Shown here: one piece after another, positions 8,954-18,908 of the stretch | How positions within the stretch are numbered: the stretch's first letter is position 1 | Layout of the letters: each line of letters starts with the position of its first letter | Assembly (NCBI GenBank): GCA_965199715.1 | Contig: OZ241322.1 | Location: 1,024,001 to 1,088,000 of the forward strand | Direction: 5' to 3' | DNA from: Vicinamibacteria bacterium | GTDB taxonomy: Bacteria; Acidobacteriota; Vicinamibacteria; Marinacidobacterales; Marinacidobacteraceae | DNA: 64,000 nucleotides | Notes under the pieces: model-generated | Databases searched by the model: none | What the model was told of the DNA's origin: nothing | Seen by the model: the letters and a program-made list of their open reading frames with translations, nothing else | Translations under genes and position numbers: made by a program

Positions 8954-10323
8954 CGATCGGAAGCGCGTCGCCAGGAGGTTCCGGTCGGGGAGTCCTCGAG
9001 CTGGATCCCCCGCCCCGCGAGTTCGTCGCGGATGCGGTCGGCCTCGGCCCAGTCGCGGTTCGCCCGGGCCTCGGTCCGCTGGCGGACGAGTTCGACGATC
9101 TCGGGGTCGCCCCGCTCCGTCGCGCCGAGGCCGAACACCCCGAGCGCGTCGTTCATCCGGACGATCGCCCCGGCCCAGCCGGGGGCCTCGCCGGTCGCTT
9201 CGGCGAGCGCCCGGTTCCCCTCCCGCAGCGCGTGGAAGACCTCGGCGAGCGCCCGCGAGACGTTCAGGTCGTCGTCGAGGGCCGCCTCGAACCGGGCGAG
9301 GGTTTCGGCCGCGAAGGGAGCGCCGGCCGCGGGAGCGCCGGCCCGGCGGAGGAAGTCCTCGACCCGGCGGACGGCCGTCTCCGCCTGCCTGAGGCCCGCG
9401 AGCGTGAAGTTGAGCTGCTGGCGGTAATGGACCGAGAGCAGCAGGTAGCGGATCGCCCCGGGCGAGTGCCCGGCGTCCAGCAGCTCGCGCACGGTGTACT
9501 GGTTGCCGAGCGACTTGGACATCTTCCGGCCCTCCACCAGCAGGTGCTCCGAGTGGAACCAGTGCCCCGCGAAGGGCGCTCCGGTCGCGGCCTCGCTCTG
9601 CGCGATCTCGTTCTCGTGGTGGGGGAAGACCAGGTCCACGCCGCCGCAGTGGACGTCGAGGCTCTCGCCGAGAAGCTCCATGGCCATCGCCGAGCATTCG
9701 AGGTGCCAGCCCGGCCGCCCCCTCCCGAAGGGCGCGTCCCACGACGGCTCGTCCGGCTTCGCGCCCTTCCAGAGCACGAAGTCGTGGGCGTCCTCCTTGT
9801 CGTACTCGTCCGCGTCCACCCGCGCCCCGGCGACGCGGTCGGAGGCCGCGGCGCCGGAGAGCCGCCCGTAGCCGGGAAAGCCCGCGACGCGGAAGTACAC
9901 CGAGCCGCCGGCGGCGTAGGCGCGGCCCGACTCGAGCAGCCGCGAGACGAGACGGATCATCGCGGCGATGAAGCGGTCGTCGGTGGCCCTGGGGTAGTGC
10001 TCCACCCGCTCGATGGCCAGCGCGTCGGCGTCCTCGAAGTACTGCTCGATGAACCGGGTCGTGTACTCCCGCAGCGGCTCTCCCGCCTCCCGGGCGCCGC
10101 GGATCGTCTTGTCGTCCACGTCGGTGAAGTTCATCGCCTGCTCGATCCGGTAGCCCTGGTAGCGCAGGTAGCGGCGGAGCAGGTCCTGGGCCACGAAGGT
10201 GCGGAAGTTGCCGATGTGCCCGCGCCCATAGACGGTGAGCCCGCAGGTGTACATCCGCACCTCGCCGGGCCGGCGCGGCGCGAACTCCTCGACCTTCCCC
10301 CCGAGGGAGTTGCGCAGCCTCAC
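8950..10323 (-). CDS. cysS: Cysteine--tRNA ligase
   Basis: MYTCGLTVY, HIGN, GRPGWHLECSAM, FPHHENE, KMSKS. GTG start at 10323. Confidence 0.97.
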   Translation of the reverse strand: MRLRNSLGGKVEEFAPRRPGEVRMYTCGLTVYGRGHIGNFRTFVAQDLLRRYLRYQGYRIEQAMNFTDVDDKTIRGAREAGEPLREYTTRFIEQYFEDADALAIERVEHYPRATDDRFIAAMIRLVSRLLESGRAYAAGGSVYFRVAGFPGYGRLSGAAASDRVAGARVDADEYDKEDAHDFVLWKGAKPDEPSWDAPFGRGRPGWHLECSAMAMELLGESLDVHCGGVDLVFPHHENEIAQSEAATGAPFAGHWFHSEHLLVEGRKMSKSLGNQYTVRELLDAGHSPGAIRYLLLSVHYRQQLNFTLAGLRQAETAVRRVEDFLRRAGAPAAGAPFAAETLARFEAALDDDLNVSRALAEVFHALREGNRALAEATGEAPGWAGAIVRMNDALGVFGLGATERGDPEIVELVRQRTEARANRDWAEADRIRDELAGRGIQLEDSPTGTSWRRASDR

Positions 10324-11975
10324 GCTCCCTCCCGCCGGACCACGACGACGGTGAGATCGTCGGCGAGCGGGTTCGGGCCGGCGAACGCCCGAGCCCCGGC
10401 GACCAGCTCGCCGCAGATCTCGCGGGCGGTCCGAGCCCGGAACTCGCGGACGACGTCGCGGATGCGCTCCTCGAACTGCCGCCCCCCGGCGTCCTCGGTC
10501 TCGCTGAGCCCGTCGGTGAACAGCACGAGCACGTCCCCGGGGGCGACCTCCACCCGGCCCGCGTCGACGAGGATTTCGGGGAACAGGCCGAGCACGGTGG
10601 AGCCGTCGCCGAGCTCGTCGGTGGAGCCGTCGCCGTGGGCGAGGATCGGGCGGACGTGCCCGGAGTTCACGTACTGGAGCGACCCCGAGCCGGGCTCGAT
10701 CAGCGCGAACACCCCGGTCATGTAGCGGTTGGCCTCGGTGTTCGAGTGGAGGAAGCGGTTCAGCTCGAGCGCGGCGTCGCGCAGGTCCCGGCCCCCGTGG
10801 GTGAAGAACGCCCGCAGCGACGCCGTCACCGAGGCCATGATGATGGCCGGGCCGGTCCCCTTGCCCGAGACGTCGGAGATGGAGACGAAGAGACCGCCGG
10901 GCAGGTCGAGGTAGTCGAAGTGGTCGCCGCCGACTGCGAGGCACGGGATGTTGACGCCCCACACGTCCCAGCCGGGAAGGCGCGGCGGATCGTCGGGAAG
11001 GAAGCGGGACTGGATGCTCCGGGCCAGCTTCTGCTCCTTCTCCTTCTCGATGGAGGACCGGGTGAGACGCAGCGCCTCGACCACCGCCGCCGCCTGCGCG
11101 GCGAGCGAATCGAGCAGCGCGCGGTCGTCGGGGGACAGCTCGCGCCCGAGGCCGGGATCCCCGACGAAGACGACGCCGCGCAGCCCGGCCCCGGCGAAGG
11201 CCGCGGCCGCGCCGAAGCGCAGCCGGCGAAGCGCCTCCGCGATCTCGGGATCGGCGGCGGCTCCGGCCACCGTGACTCCGGGCGCGCCCTCGAGCCGCCG
11301 GGCGGCGCGCAGCAGCAGCGCGCCCTCCTCCGGCGACCGGCGCGGCCCCTTGCTCGCGAGCACCCGCCCGCCGACGACGACCGCCGCGCGGCTCGCGAGC
11401 ACCTGCCCCATCGCCCCGTGGAGCAGCAGGTCCCAGACCCGGGACTCCGACGTCGCCCGGTGAAGCCCGGCGGTCAGGTCCATGAGCGACTGGAGCTGAT
11501 AGACCTTGAGCGCGAGGCCGCGGTTCCGCGACCGGAGTTCGTCGTCCTTGCGCCGGTGCGCGAGCTCGGCGGCGGCCGCCGCCGCGACCCCGCGCAGGAA
11601 CGGGCCGCGCTCCGGCTCGCCGCCCAGAACCAGCGCGCCGAGCCGCTCGCCCCGGTCCCGGAGCGGCGCCCGCGCGAACTCGTCGCGGTCTTCCCAGCCG
11701 GCGGGCGGATCCCCGCTGGCGCCGGCCGGTTCGAGCGCATCCCCCCGCCGCAGCAGGACGCCCGCCCACGGAGCCCCGGCGCGCTCCCGCACGCACGCGA
11801 GCACCGCCGCCACGACCTCGTCGATTCCGTCGCAGGCGCGCAGCGAGTCGCGGAGCCGGTCCAGCGCGACGAGCTCCGAAATCCGCGCCCGCAGCGCGGG
11901 ATCCTCGATGTCCGGAAGCCCCGGAACGAGATGTTCGGAAAAGTCGGCGAGCCGCTCCACCGGGACGACCGCCAT
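10320..11975 (-). CDS. GAF-domain PP2C/SpoIIE (RsbU-like) phosphatase
   Basis: VGGDHFD, DVSGKG, NSGH, FTDGLSE, DDLTVVVV, with N-terminal GAF-like regions. Confidence 0.92.
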   Translation of the reverse strand: MAVVPVERLADFSEHLVPGLPDIEDPALRARISELVALDRLRDSLRACDGIDEVVAAVLACVRERAGAPWAGVLLRRGDALEPAGASGDPPAGWEDRDEFARAPLRDRGERLGALVLGGEPERGPFLRGVAAAAAAELAHRRKDDELRSRNRGLALKVYQLQSLMDLTAGLHRATSESRVWDLLLHGAMGQVLASRAAVVVGGRVLASKGPRRSPEEGALLLRAARRLEGAPGVTVAGAAADPEIAEALRRLRFGAAAAFAGAGLRGVVFVGDPGLGRELSPDDRALLDSLAAQAAAVVEALRLTRSSIEKEKEQKLARSIQSRFLPDDPPRLPGWDVWGVNIPCLAVGGDHFDYLDLPGGLFVSISDVSGKGTGPAIIMASVTASLRAFFTHGGRDLRDAALELNRFLHSNTEANRYMTGVFALIEPGSGSLQYVNSGHVRPILAHGDGSTDELGDGSTVLGLFPEILVDAGRVEVAPGDVLVLFTDGLSETEDAGGRQFEERIRDVVREFRARTAREICGELVAGARAFAGPNPLADDLTVVVVRREGA

Positions 11976-12439
11976 CACCCGGCGCCCTCGGTCTTCGGCC
12001 GGCGGCTGCGGGCGCGTTCCAGCACCCACCGGCACGCCCCGCGGGGCAGGCGCTCGTGCGACACCACGTCCATCAGCCGCCGCATCAGGTGGACCCCGAG
12101 ACCGCCCCGCCGCCCCTCGGCCGCGAGCCGCTGCAGGTCTGGCTCCGGGGGCATTGCGGCGAGCGCCTGTCCGTGGTGCTCGATCTCGAAGCGGACCCGC
12201 GCCCGGCTCGGCACGAAACGCAGCACGACCGCCGGACCGGGCTTGCCCCGATAGGCGTGCTCGAGGACGTTCGCGAACGCCTCGCCGACCGAAAGCGCCA
12301 TCTCGTCGGCGGCCCGGGGCTCGAAGCCGGCCGCGATCGCGAGCCGCCGGGCGGTGTCGTGGGCGACGCGGAGCGACGCGCCGGCGGCCGGCAGCGACAC
12401 CTCGTAGGGCCGCGGCGGGACTTCCTGGGACCCGGCCAA
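11975..12439 (-). CDS. Anti-sigma factor / Ser kinase (RsbW-like HATPase_c)
   Basis: EAFANVLEHAY and GGLGVHLMRRLMD motifs. Confidence 0.9.
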   Translation of the reverse strand: MAGSQEVPPRPYEVSLPAAGASLRVAHDTARRLAIAAGFEPRAADEMALSVGEAFANVLEHAYRGKPGPAVVLRFVPSRARVRFEIEHHGQALAAMPPEPDLQRLAAEGRRGGLGVHLMRRLMDVVSHERLPRGACRWVLERARSRRPKTEGAG

Positions 12440-12443
12440 CGGG

Positions 12444-12794
12444 TCAGCTCCCCTCGAAGCTCCGGACGGCCTCGCCTTCCGAGTCGAAGGTCCGGCACAG
12501 CAGGTCGAACCCCAGAACCCGGTAGATGTGCCCGACCGAACCGGTCAGGTCGGCGACCCGGATGTCGCCGCCGCGGGCGCGCACTTCCTCGATGAGCCCC
12601 ATGATCGCGCCGAATCCGGCGCTCGCCACGTAGGCGAGGTGGAGGCCGCTGATGACGATGCGGAGCTCGCCGGTCTCGACGAGGCGATTCAGCTCGCCCT
12701 CGAACTCGGGCACGGTGTGGGCGTTGATGAAGCCGCGGGGCTCGACCACCACGACCGCGCCGACGCGCCTGCGGGTGACCTCGAGATTCGCCAT
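12444..12794 (-). CDS. STAS-domain anti-sigma factor antagonist (RsbV-like)
   Basis: 116 aa, YVASAGFG (phospho-Ser motif), RARGGDIRV. Confidence 0.9.
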   Translation of the reverse strand: MANLEVTRRRVGAVVVVEPRGFINAHTVPEFEGELNRLVETGELRIVISGLHLAYVASAGFGAIMGLIEEVRARGGDIRVADLTGSVGHIYRVLGFDLLCRTFDSEGEAVRSFEGS

Positions 12795-12796
12795 CC

Positions 12797-13720
12797 TCAG
12801 TCCGGGCGGCCGTCGAGCGCCCGGGCCACGTCGCGGTCGATCTGCCGCATGAGCGCCGCCGCGTCCTCGAACGCCTGGATCGGCCGCAGGTACGAGTGGA
12901 AGCGAACCCGGAGGTAGCTCGGCGCCGCCCTGGCGCCGATCAGGTGCGCCTCCAGCGTGGGGGAGTCGCCGAACGTGGGGCGGGGGCCCTTGTGCACCAC
13001 CGCCGGCAGGAGTCCGCCGCGCACCCGCGCGTCCCCCACGTATGCGCCGTCGGGAATGAGGACCTCTCCGTCGGCGTCCACGTTCGCGGTCGGGAAGCCG
13101 AGATCGTGTCCCCGGCCGGCGCCCTGGACGACCTCGCCGCCGACCTCGTAGGGCCGGCCCAGCATTTCCTTGGCGACCTCCACCTCGCCCCGGGCGAGCT
13201 CTTCCCGGATCCGGGTGGACGAGATGATCCGGCCCTCGAAGTCGGCGTCGGCCGCCTCGAGCACCTCGAATCCGCGTTCGGCGCCGAGCCGGCGCAGGAG
13301 CGCGACGTCGCCCGACCGGTCGCGTCCGAAGCGGAAGTTCGCCCCCTGCACGACGGCGCGGGCGCCGAGCCGGCCGACGAGCCGGTCCACGAAGTCCTCG
13401 GGGGACCACGCGGCGAAGCGCTCGGTGAACTCGACGACGGTGAGCCGCTCGACTCCGGCGCTCTCGAGGAATTCGGCCTTGAGCGCGAGCGGCGTGATGC
13501 ACCCGGGCGCCTCCTTGGGGCGGAGCAGTCGGGCCGGATGGGGTTCGAAGGTGACCGCCCCGAACGCGATCCCCCGGCGCTGCGCTTCCTTCCGGGCGAG
13601 CTCGAGCCCGCGCTGGTGGCCGAGATGGACGCCGTCGAAGTTGCCGACGGCGAGCACCGTCGGCTCCGGCCGTCCCGGCGGGGCCGGGGTTTCCGGCTCC
13701 CGACGCCGCTCGAGCTTCAA
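12797..13720 (-). CDS. ribF: Bifunctional riboflavin kinase / FAD synthetase
   Basis: GNFDGVHLGHQ, TFEPHP, ISSTRIR, LGFPTAN. Confidence 0.96.
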   Translation of the reverse strand: MKLERRREPETPAPPGRPEPTVLAVGNFDGVHLGHQRGLELARKEAQRRGIAFGAVTFEPHPARLLRPKEAPGCITPLALKAEFLESAGVERLTVVEFTERFAAWSPEDFVDRLVGRLGARAVVQGANFRFGRDRSGDVALLRRLGAERGFEVLEAADADFEGRIISSTRIREELARGEVEVAKEMLGRPYEVGGEVVQGAGRGHDLGFPTANVDADGEVLIPDGAYVGDARVRGGLLPAVVHKGPRPTFGDSPTLEAHLIGARAAPSYLRVRFHSYLRPIQAFEDAAALMRQIDRDVARALDGRPD

Positions 13721-14154
13721 GAGGCGGGAGCCGGCGGACGCCGGCGCTCCATGAACGCCATCCGCAACTGGTAGAGCGCCCGCTCCAGCAGCCGCTCGTC
13801 TCCGGGACCGAGGCGCCCCTTCGACTTCTCCTGCAGGACCTCCAGCATGTCGATGAGCGCCTGGAGCCCCGAGAGGGCTTCCCGCGCCGTTTCCGGCTTG
13901 GCTCCCGGCGGAACCTGCTCCACGATCATCGCCGCTTGGTTGAACAGGAGCGTGACGAGCTGCTGGACGCGGGGCTCGTCCTTGGGCGTCTTTCCTCCGC
14001 GCTTCGGGCGTTCGCGCTTCGCCGCGGCCTCGGGATCGATGACGGGCGGCCGACTCGAGGACGCCGCCGGCGCGTCGGGCCGGCGCTCCCCCGCCTCGGT
14101 GAAGGCGCGCCGATCCCGAACCACGATCCGGGGGGCATGTTCCTCGTTGCTCAC
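13717..14154 (-). CDS. DUF1844-like protein
   Basis: IVVRDRRAF N-terminal motif and IDMLEVLQEKSKGRL...LYQLRMAF C-terminus. Start is GTG 14154 or ATG 14178. Confidence 0.75.
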   Translation of the reverse strand: MSNEEHAPRIVVRDRRAFTEAGERRPDAPAASSSRPPVIDPEAAAKRERPKRGGKTPKDEPRVQQLVTLLFNQAAMIVEQVPPGAKPETAREALSGLQALIDMLEVLQEKSKGRLGPGDERLLERALYQLRMAFMERRRPPAPAS

Positions 14155-14227
14155 GTTCCGGTCGGCGCGGCCGGGCATTCTAGCGACCGGCTGGCGCCGG
14201 CCCCGGCCTCCCGCGAGAATCCGGGGC

Positions 14228-14854
14228 ATGCCGGACCCCGCCGACCTCGCCGAGCTGGGGCGGCTCCTCGACACGATGGCCGCGCTGCGGGCGCCGGACG
14301 GGTGCCCGTGGGACCGGGAGCAGACGTTCCGGTCGCTGCGTCCGCACGTGATCGAGGAGGCGCACGAGCTCGCCGCCGCGATCGATTCGGGCGATCCCGA
14401 AGCGGTGTGCGAGGAATCCGGCGACCTCCTGCTGCAGGTCGTGTTCCTCGCGCGGATCGCTCTCGAGGAGGGGCGCTTCGGCATGGCGGACGTGGCGCGG
14501 GGGATCGCCGACAAGCTCGTCCGCCGCCACCCGCACGTGTTCGGGGACGCGGCGCGGGCGGAGGACCCGGCCGAGGCGCTGCGGAGCTGGGAGGCGATGA
14601 AGGCGAAGGAGAAGCCCGGGCGGAAGAAGGACGGGCTCCCGCCGACGCTCCCGGCGCTGCTGCTCGCCCCGCTCGCGCTGGCGCGGGGCGGCGGCGAGCC
14701 GGGGCCGGTCGGCGAGGCGCTCGCCGAGTTCGAGGCGGAAGGCGGCGAGCGGGCGCTCGGCGAGCTGCTGTTCCGGATCGCGGCGGCGGCGGGGCGCGCG
14801 GGGCTCGATCCCGAGGCCGCGCTGCGCTTGCGGGCGCTCGGCGGTCAGCGGTAG
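14228..14854 (+). CDS. mazG: MazG family nucleoside triphosphate pyrophosphohydrolase (second domain degenerate)
   Basis: LRAPDGCPWDREQT, EESGDLLLQVVF, KLVRRHPHVF. Confidence 0.92.
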   Translation: MPDPADLAELGRLLDTMAALRAPDGCPWDREQTFRSLRPHVIEEAHELAAAIDSGDPEAVCEESGDLLLQVVFLARIALEEGRFGMADVARGIADKLVRRHPHVFGDAARAEDPAEALRSWEAMKAKEKPGRKKDGLPPTLPALLLAPLALARGGGEPGPVGEALAEFEAEGGERALGELLFRIAAAAGRAGLDPEAALRLRALGGQR

Positions 14855-17199
14855 CCCCGCACGTCGAGCGAGCCGTCGGAGCCGACGAGGACCTCGATCG
14901 CACCCGCCCGGTCGGTCCGAAACGTCTGGACCCCGGCGCGTTCGAGCCGCTCCAGCACCGAGGGCGCGGGAAGCCGGCGGCGCGGGTCCTCGCGGGTCGA
15001 GACGAGCGCGAACCGGGGCGCGACCGCGTCGAGGAACGCGGGCGAGGTGGAGGAGCGGCTGCCGTGGTGGCCGACCTTGAGCACGTCGGCGCGGAGTTCG
15101 TCGCCGTAGCGCTCGAGCAGCAGCCGCTCGGTGGGTTCGCCGGCGTCGCCGGTGAGCAGCAGCTTGACCCCGGCGTACTCGACCATGAGCACGAGCGAAC
15201 CCTCGTTCGCGCCTTCGAGCGCCGCCGGCGGGTCGGCGAAGAGGACGTGGAACGAGGCCCCGCCGAACGCGAACCGCTCCCCGGTCCGCAGCAGCCTGGT
15301 CGGAACGCCCCGGCGCTCGAGGTCGCGGCGGAGGAAGCGGACCGCGGCGCGGTCGTCGGCCTCGAGCGCGGCGCCGGCCCAGAACGCCTCCGGCGCGAAC
15401 TCCCGGAAGAGCCCGGAGAAGCCGCCGATGTGATCGAGATCCCCGTGGGTCGCGACCGCGGCCCGGATCGGGAAGCCGCCGGCGGCGAGGAGGAACGGGA
15501 CGACCACGCGCTCGCCGGCGCTGTAACCGCCAAACGCGGCGCCGGCGTCCACGACCAGCGTCCCGCCGGCGGGCAGCCCGAGCACGACCGCGTCGCCCAT
15601 CCCGACGTCGAGAGCGGTCGCCCGGAGCGTCCCGTCCGGCGGGGCGGCGCGGGGGAGCAGGAGGACCGCGAGCCCGGCGAGCGCGAGGCCGGGAAGCCAC
15701 CGGAGGCGCCCGCGCACGAACACGACGGCGACCGCGAGGACGAGCCACGCGGCGAGGAAATCCCAGCCGGGGGCTGGAATTCCCGAGGTCGCGAGCGGCA
15801 GCGACGCGCCCCGTTCGCTGATCGCGACCAGCGCCCCGGCGGACCAGCCGGCGGAAGCGAGAAGCAGCGGTCCCACGAGCGGAACGCCGCCCAGCGCGAG
15901 CCAGCCGAAGCCGGTCGCGAGGATCGGCCCGGCGAGGAGCGTCGCCGGAACCGAGACCGGGATCGCCGCGAGCACGACCCGGTGGAAGCGCCACGCCAGC
16001 ACCGGAAAGGCCCCGAGCTGCGCGGCCAGCGTGACCGCGACGAGGCCAAGCGCCCAGGCGCGGACTCGCCCGGGGTCCCAGGACTCGGCGGCGCGATCGC
16101 GCCGTCCGAGCACGGCGACGATCGCGAGCGTGGCCGCGAAACTGAGCTGGAAGCCGACGTCCAGCGCGTTCCACGGGTTCCAGCCGAGGAGCAGGAGGCC
16201 GGCGAGGCCGATCCCGTTGAGCGCCGAACCGGCGATTCCGAGCCGGATCGCGAGGATGACCGCCGCCGCCATGAGCGCGGCGCGCAGCACCGAGGGGCTT
16301 CCGCCCGACAGCGCGACGTAGATCGGAAGCGCGGCCAGCACCCACGCGAGGGCGGCGCTCCGGCGGACGCCGAAGAACGCGAGCAGGCCGTAGAGCATGA
16401 GGCTCACGACCCCGACGTGAAGGCCGCTGACGGCCATGACGTGCAGGGTTCCGGCGTCGCGGAAGGAGCGGATCACCCCGCCGTCGGCGAGGGCGCGGTC
16501 GCCGATCAGGATCGCGACCATGACCGCGACCGCCTCGGGTTCCAGCCCGGACCGCTCCCAGCGTTCGCGGACGGCGAGCCGCAGCCGGCGGATCAAGCGG
16601 AAGAACGGCGAGGCCGGGTCGATCTCCCGGACCAGCAGCGCGCTCTTCGTCCCCCCGAAGGCGCCGAGCGGGCCGCTCGCGTCCCGGCCGCCGGGGTTGC
16701 TCGAGGGCCGGGGCAGCGAGGCCCGCGTCCAGACCTCGATCCGGGAGCCCCGGGCGAGCCGGTGGAGCGCCTCGCGGCCGTCGCCCTCGACGCGGACGCC
16801 CGCGAGGCCGGGCGCGTCCCAACGCCGGCGGTTCGCGGAGACGGACTCGACCCGAAGCCGGAGTTCGGTCCGGTCGGCGTACTCCGAAGGCGAGCGGACG
16901 AGCCGTCCCTCGAGCCGGACCGGGCGGCGCAGCCGCTCCCCGCCCAGTTCCCGGAGGACGCCGGCGAGCGGTCCCTCGGACGCCGGGGTCGGACGGCTGG
17001 CGGCGCCCGCGGCGAAGGCGGCGAGCAGCAGCAGGAGGGTCCCCGTCCGTTCGCGACCGAACCGGACGCACATCCCGACGAGGAGGGCGGCGGCGAGCGC
17101 CGCCCACGCTGCCCCCGGGACCGGGCGCTCGGGAAGCGCGATCCCGACGAAGAACGCGGCGGCGAGCGCGAGGAGCGGCGCGGCCCGGAGTCCGGCCAA
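14845..17199 (-). CDS. comEC: Competence protein ComEC/Rec2
   Basis: HVMAVSGLHV, GFQLSF, DVGMGD, THGDLDHIGG, LKVGHHGS. Confidence 0.95.
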   Translation of the reverse strand: MAGLRAAPLLALAAAFFVGIALPERPVPGAAWAALAAALLVGMCVRFGRERTGTLLLLLAAFAAGAASRPTPASEGPLAGVLRELGGERLRRPVRLEGRLVRSPSEYADRTELRLRVESVSANRRRWDAPGLAGVRVEGDGREALHRLARGSRIEVWTRASLPRPSSNPGGRDASGPLGAFGGTKSALLVREIDPASPFFRLIRRLRLAVRERWERSGLEPEAVAVMVAILIGDRALADGGVIRSFRDAGTLHVMAVSGLHVGVVSLMLYGLLAFFGVRRSAALAWVLAALPIYVALSGGSPSVLRAALMAAAVILAIRLGIAGSALNGIGLAGLLLLGWNPWNALDVGFQLSFAATLAIVAVLGRRDRAAESWDPGRVRAWALGLVAVTLAAQLGAFPVLAWRFHRVVLAAIPVSVPATLLAGPILATGFGWLALGGVPLVGPLLLASAGWSAGALVAISERGASLPLATSGIPAPGWDFLAAWLVLAVAVVFVRGRLRWLPGLALAGLAVLLLPRAAPPDGTLRATALDVGMGDAVVLGLPAGGTLVVDAGAAFGGYSAGERVVVPFLLAAGGFPIRAAVATHGDLDHIGGFSGLFREFAPEAFWAGAALEADDRAAVRFLRRDLERRGVPTRLLRTGERFAFGGASFHVLFADPPAALEGANEGSLVLMVEYAGVKLLLTGDAGEPTERLLLERYGDELRADVLKVGHHGSRSSTSPAFLDAVAPRFALVSTREDPRRRLPAPSVLERLERAGVQTFRTDRAGAIEVLVGSDGSLDVRGYR

Positions 17200-17203
17200 G
17201 GGC

Positions 17204-17704
17204 TCAGGAAACGGGCAGGCCGAGCGCCCGCGCCGCCTCGCGGCGGGAAGCGTCGCGCTTCAGCCGCTCGAAGGCGTCCGCCGGCATCCGCGACCGGTAT
17301 CCCTCGAGCGAGCGCGCCGCCCCGGCGGAGTGCGGGAGGGCGTCGAGGAAGGCGCGGAAGGCTCCGGAGTCGCCGGCCTCGAGCCGCTCGGCGGCCGTCC
17401 CGGCGCCCTCGAGGAGCCGCTCCCGAAGATCCGCCGGGAGGTCGGCAGGCGGCTCCCACTCCCGAAGGCGGCGCGGCAGCGGCGCCGGCCCCGCCTTGGC
17501 CGCCGCTCGGACGTGCGCGGCGCAATGGCGCAGGCCCCGGCGGCGGCCGCCGGCGGCGAGCGCCCGCCGGATTCCGGCGACCGCGGCTTCGAGCGGAACT
17601 CCCTCGGACTCCCAGCCGCGGGCGACCTCCCAGTCGGCGGGCGCGAGGAAGGGACCGCCGCCCTCGGAGACGAAGACCCGCTCGATCTCGCGCAGGTAGT
17701 CCAC
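17204..17704 (-). CDS. Conserved hypothetical protein (LAPADW...W...GVPLEAA motif, weakly DnaD-like)
   Basis: Fills the birA-comEC gap on the operon strand with a protein-like N-terminal half. GTG start at 17704. Confidence 0.65.
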   Translation of the reverse strand: MDYLREIERVFVSEGGGPFLAPADWEVARGWESEGVPLEAAVAGIRRALAAGGRRRGLRHCAAHVRAAAKAGPAPLPRRLREWEPPADLPADLRERLLEGAGTAAERLEAGDSGAFRAFLDALPHSAGAARSLEGYRSRMPADAFERLKRDASRREAARALGLPVS

Positions 17705-17712
17705 GGCCGCCG

Positions 17713-18480
17713 TCAGACGGCGCGATGGCGGATGACCACCGCGTCGCTCGCGTGGACGATCCGGACGCTGCCCCCGGCGCGCACCCGGATGGCCCCGGTC
17801 CGGTCGAGGCCGACCGTCTCGCCGACGAGCTCGACGCCGTCCCGCAGGCGCACCGCGCACCGGCAGCCGCGCCCGCTCGGGCTGAGCCGGTCCCAACGCG
17901 CCGCGATGTCCCCGGCGGAGAGCCGCCGCGTCCGCTCGAACGCGCGGAAGATGGCCGCCGCCGCCGCTTCCCGGCTGACGTCGCCGGGCAGCGCGTCGGG
18001 CGGAATCCGGGCGTCCGCGACCGGCGGCGGCCGGCCGACGTTGATCCCGAAACCGGCGACCGCGAGCTCGGGGCGGCCGGGAGCGAACCCCGCTTCGACG
18101 AGGACTCCGCCCACCTTGCCGCGCGCTCCGTCGAGGTCGTTCGGCCAGCGCAGCGAGACCGGCGTCCCCGAGACCTCCCGCAGCGCTTCGGCCGCGGCCA
18201 CGCCGGCGGCGATGGGGACGAGGCCGAGCCGGACCGGATCGTCGGGCGCATCCAGCGCGAAGAGGATCGAGACGTAGATCCCGCCCGGCGGGGAGGCCCA
18301 GACCCGTTCGCCCCGCCCGCGGCCGCCGGTCTGCTCGTCGGCGACGAAGACGCCGCTGACGGCCCCGACCTCGCGCGCCAGCTCCTTCGCGAGCGCGTTC
18401 GTGGAGCGCACCCGGTCCCGCGCCACGATCAGCGGCGGGCGGCCGCCGAGGAACGCGGCCGCGAGGCGTTCTCCGTTCAC
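17713..18480 (-). CDS. birA: Biotin--[acetyl-CoA-carboxylase] ligase (no HTH)
   Basis: STN, QTGGRGR, W.SP, WPND, KVGGVL, GFGINV. Confidence 0.93.
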   Translation of the reverse strand: MNGERLAAAFLGGRPPLIVARDRVRSTNALAKELAREVGAVSGVFVADEQTGGRGRGERVWASPPGGIYVSILFALDAPDDPVRLGLVPIAAGVAAAEALREVSGTPVSLRWPNDLDGARGKVGGVLVEAGFAPGRPELAVAGFGINVGRPPPVADARIPPDALPGDVSREAAAAAIFRAFERTRRLSAGDIAARWDRLSPSGRGCRCAVRLRDGVELVGETVGLDRTGAIRVRAGGSVRIVHASDAVVIRHRAV

Positions 18481-18908
18481 CAGCGATCGTCCCCCCGTTC
18501 CTTCCGCAAACGACGCAGGCGCTCCCGCAGTTCGGAGGCGATCGCGGCCATGGGGCTCCCCGGGCCGAACACCTGCGCGACGCCCAGCTCCCGCAGCGCC
18601 GGGAGGTCGCGTTCGGGGATGAGGCCGCCGACGAAGACCGGGACGTCGTCGAGCCCCCGTTCGCGGAGCTGGCTCATCAGCCGGGCGAGGAGCGGCAGGT
18701 GCGCGCCCGAGAGGATGGACACGCCGACCGCCTCCACGTCCTCCTGCGCGGCGGCCTCCGCGATCTCCGCCGGACTGCGGCGCAGCCCGGTGTAGATGAC
18801 CTCGAAGCCCTCGTCCCGCAGCGACCGGGCGACCAGGAGCGCCCCCCGGTCGTGCCCGTCGAGCCCGGGCTTGCCGATGAGGATCCGGAACGGAGGCTCC
18901 GCGCTCAC
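18477..18908 (-). CDS. Stand-alone cobalamin-binding subunit of an acyl-CoA mutase
   Basis: KPGLDGHDRGA (DxHxxG), VGVSILSGAH, VGGLIP. Confidence 0.92.
   Translation of the reverse strand: MSAEPPFRILIGKPGLDGHDRGALLVARSLRDEGFEVIYTGLRRSPAEIAEAAAQEDVEAVGVSILSGAHLPLLARLMSQLRERGLDDVPVFVGGLIPERDLPALRELGVAQVFGPGSPMAAIASELRERLRRLRKERGDDRW

Noticed and set aside
8950-11796. Apparent 948-aa extended CysRS
   Set aside because: The extension is an alternate frame of the PP2C gene; CysRS homology begins at GTG 10323.
13936-18795. 1619-aa plus-strand ORF
   Set aside because: Antisense shadow of comEC/birA. It is Arg/Gly/Pro-rich with no motifs, as expected at this GC content.
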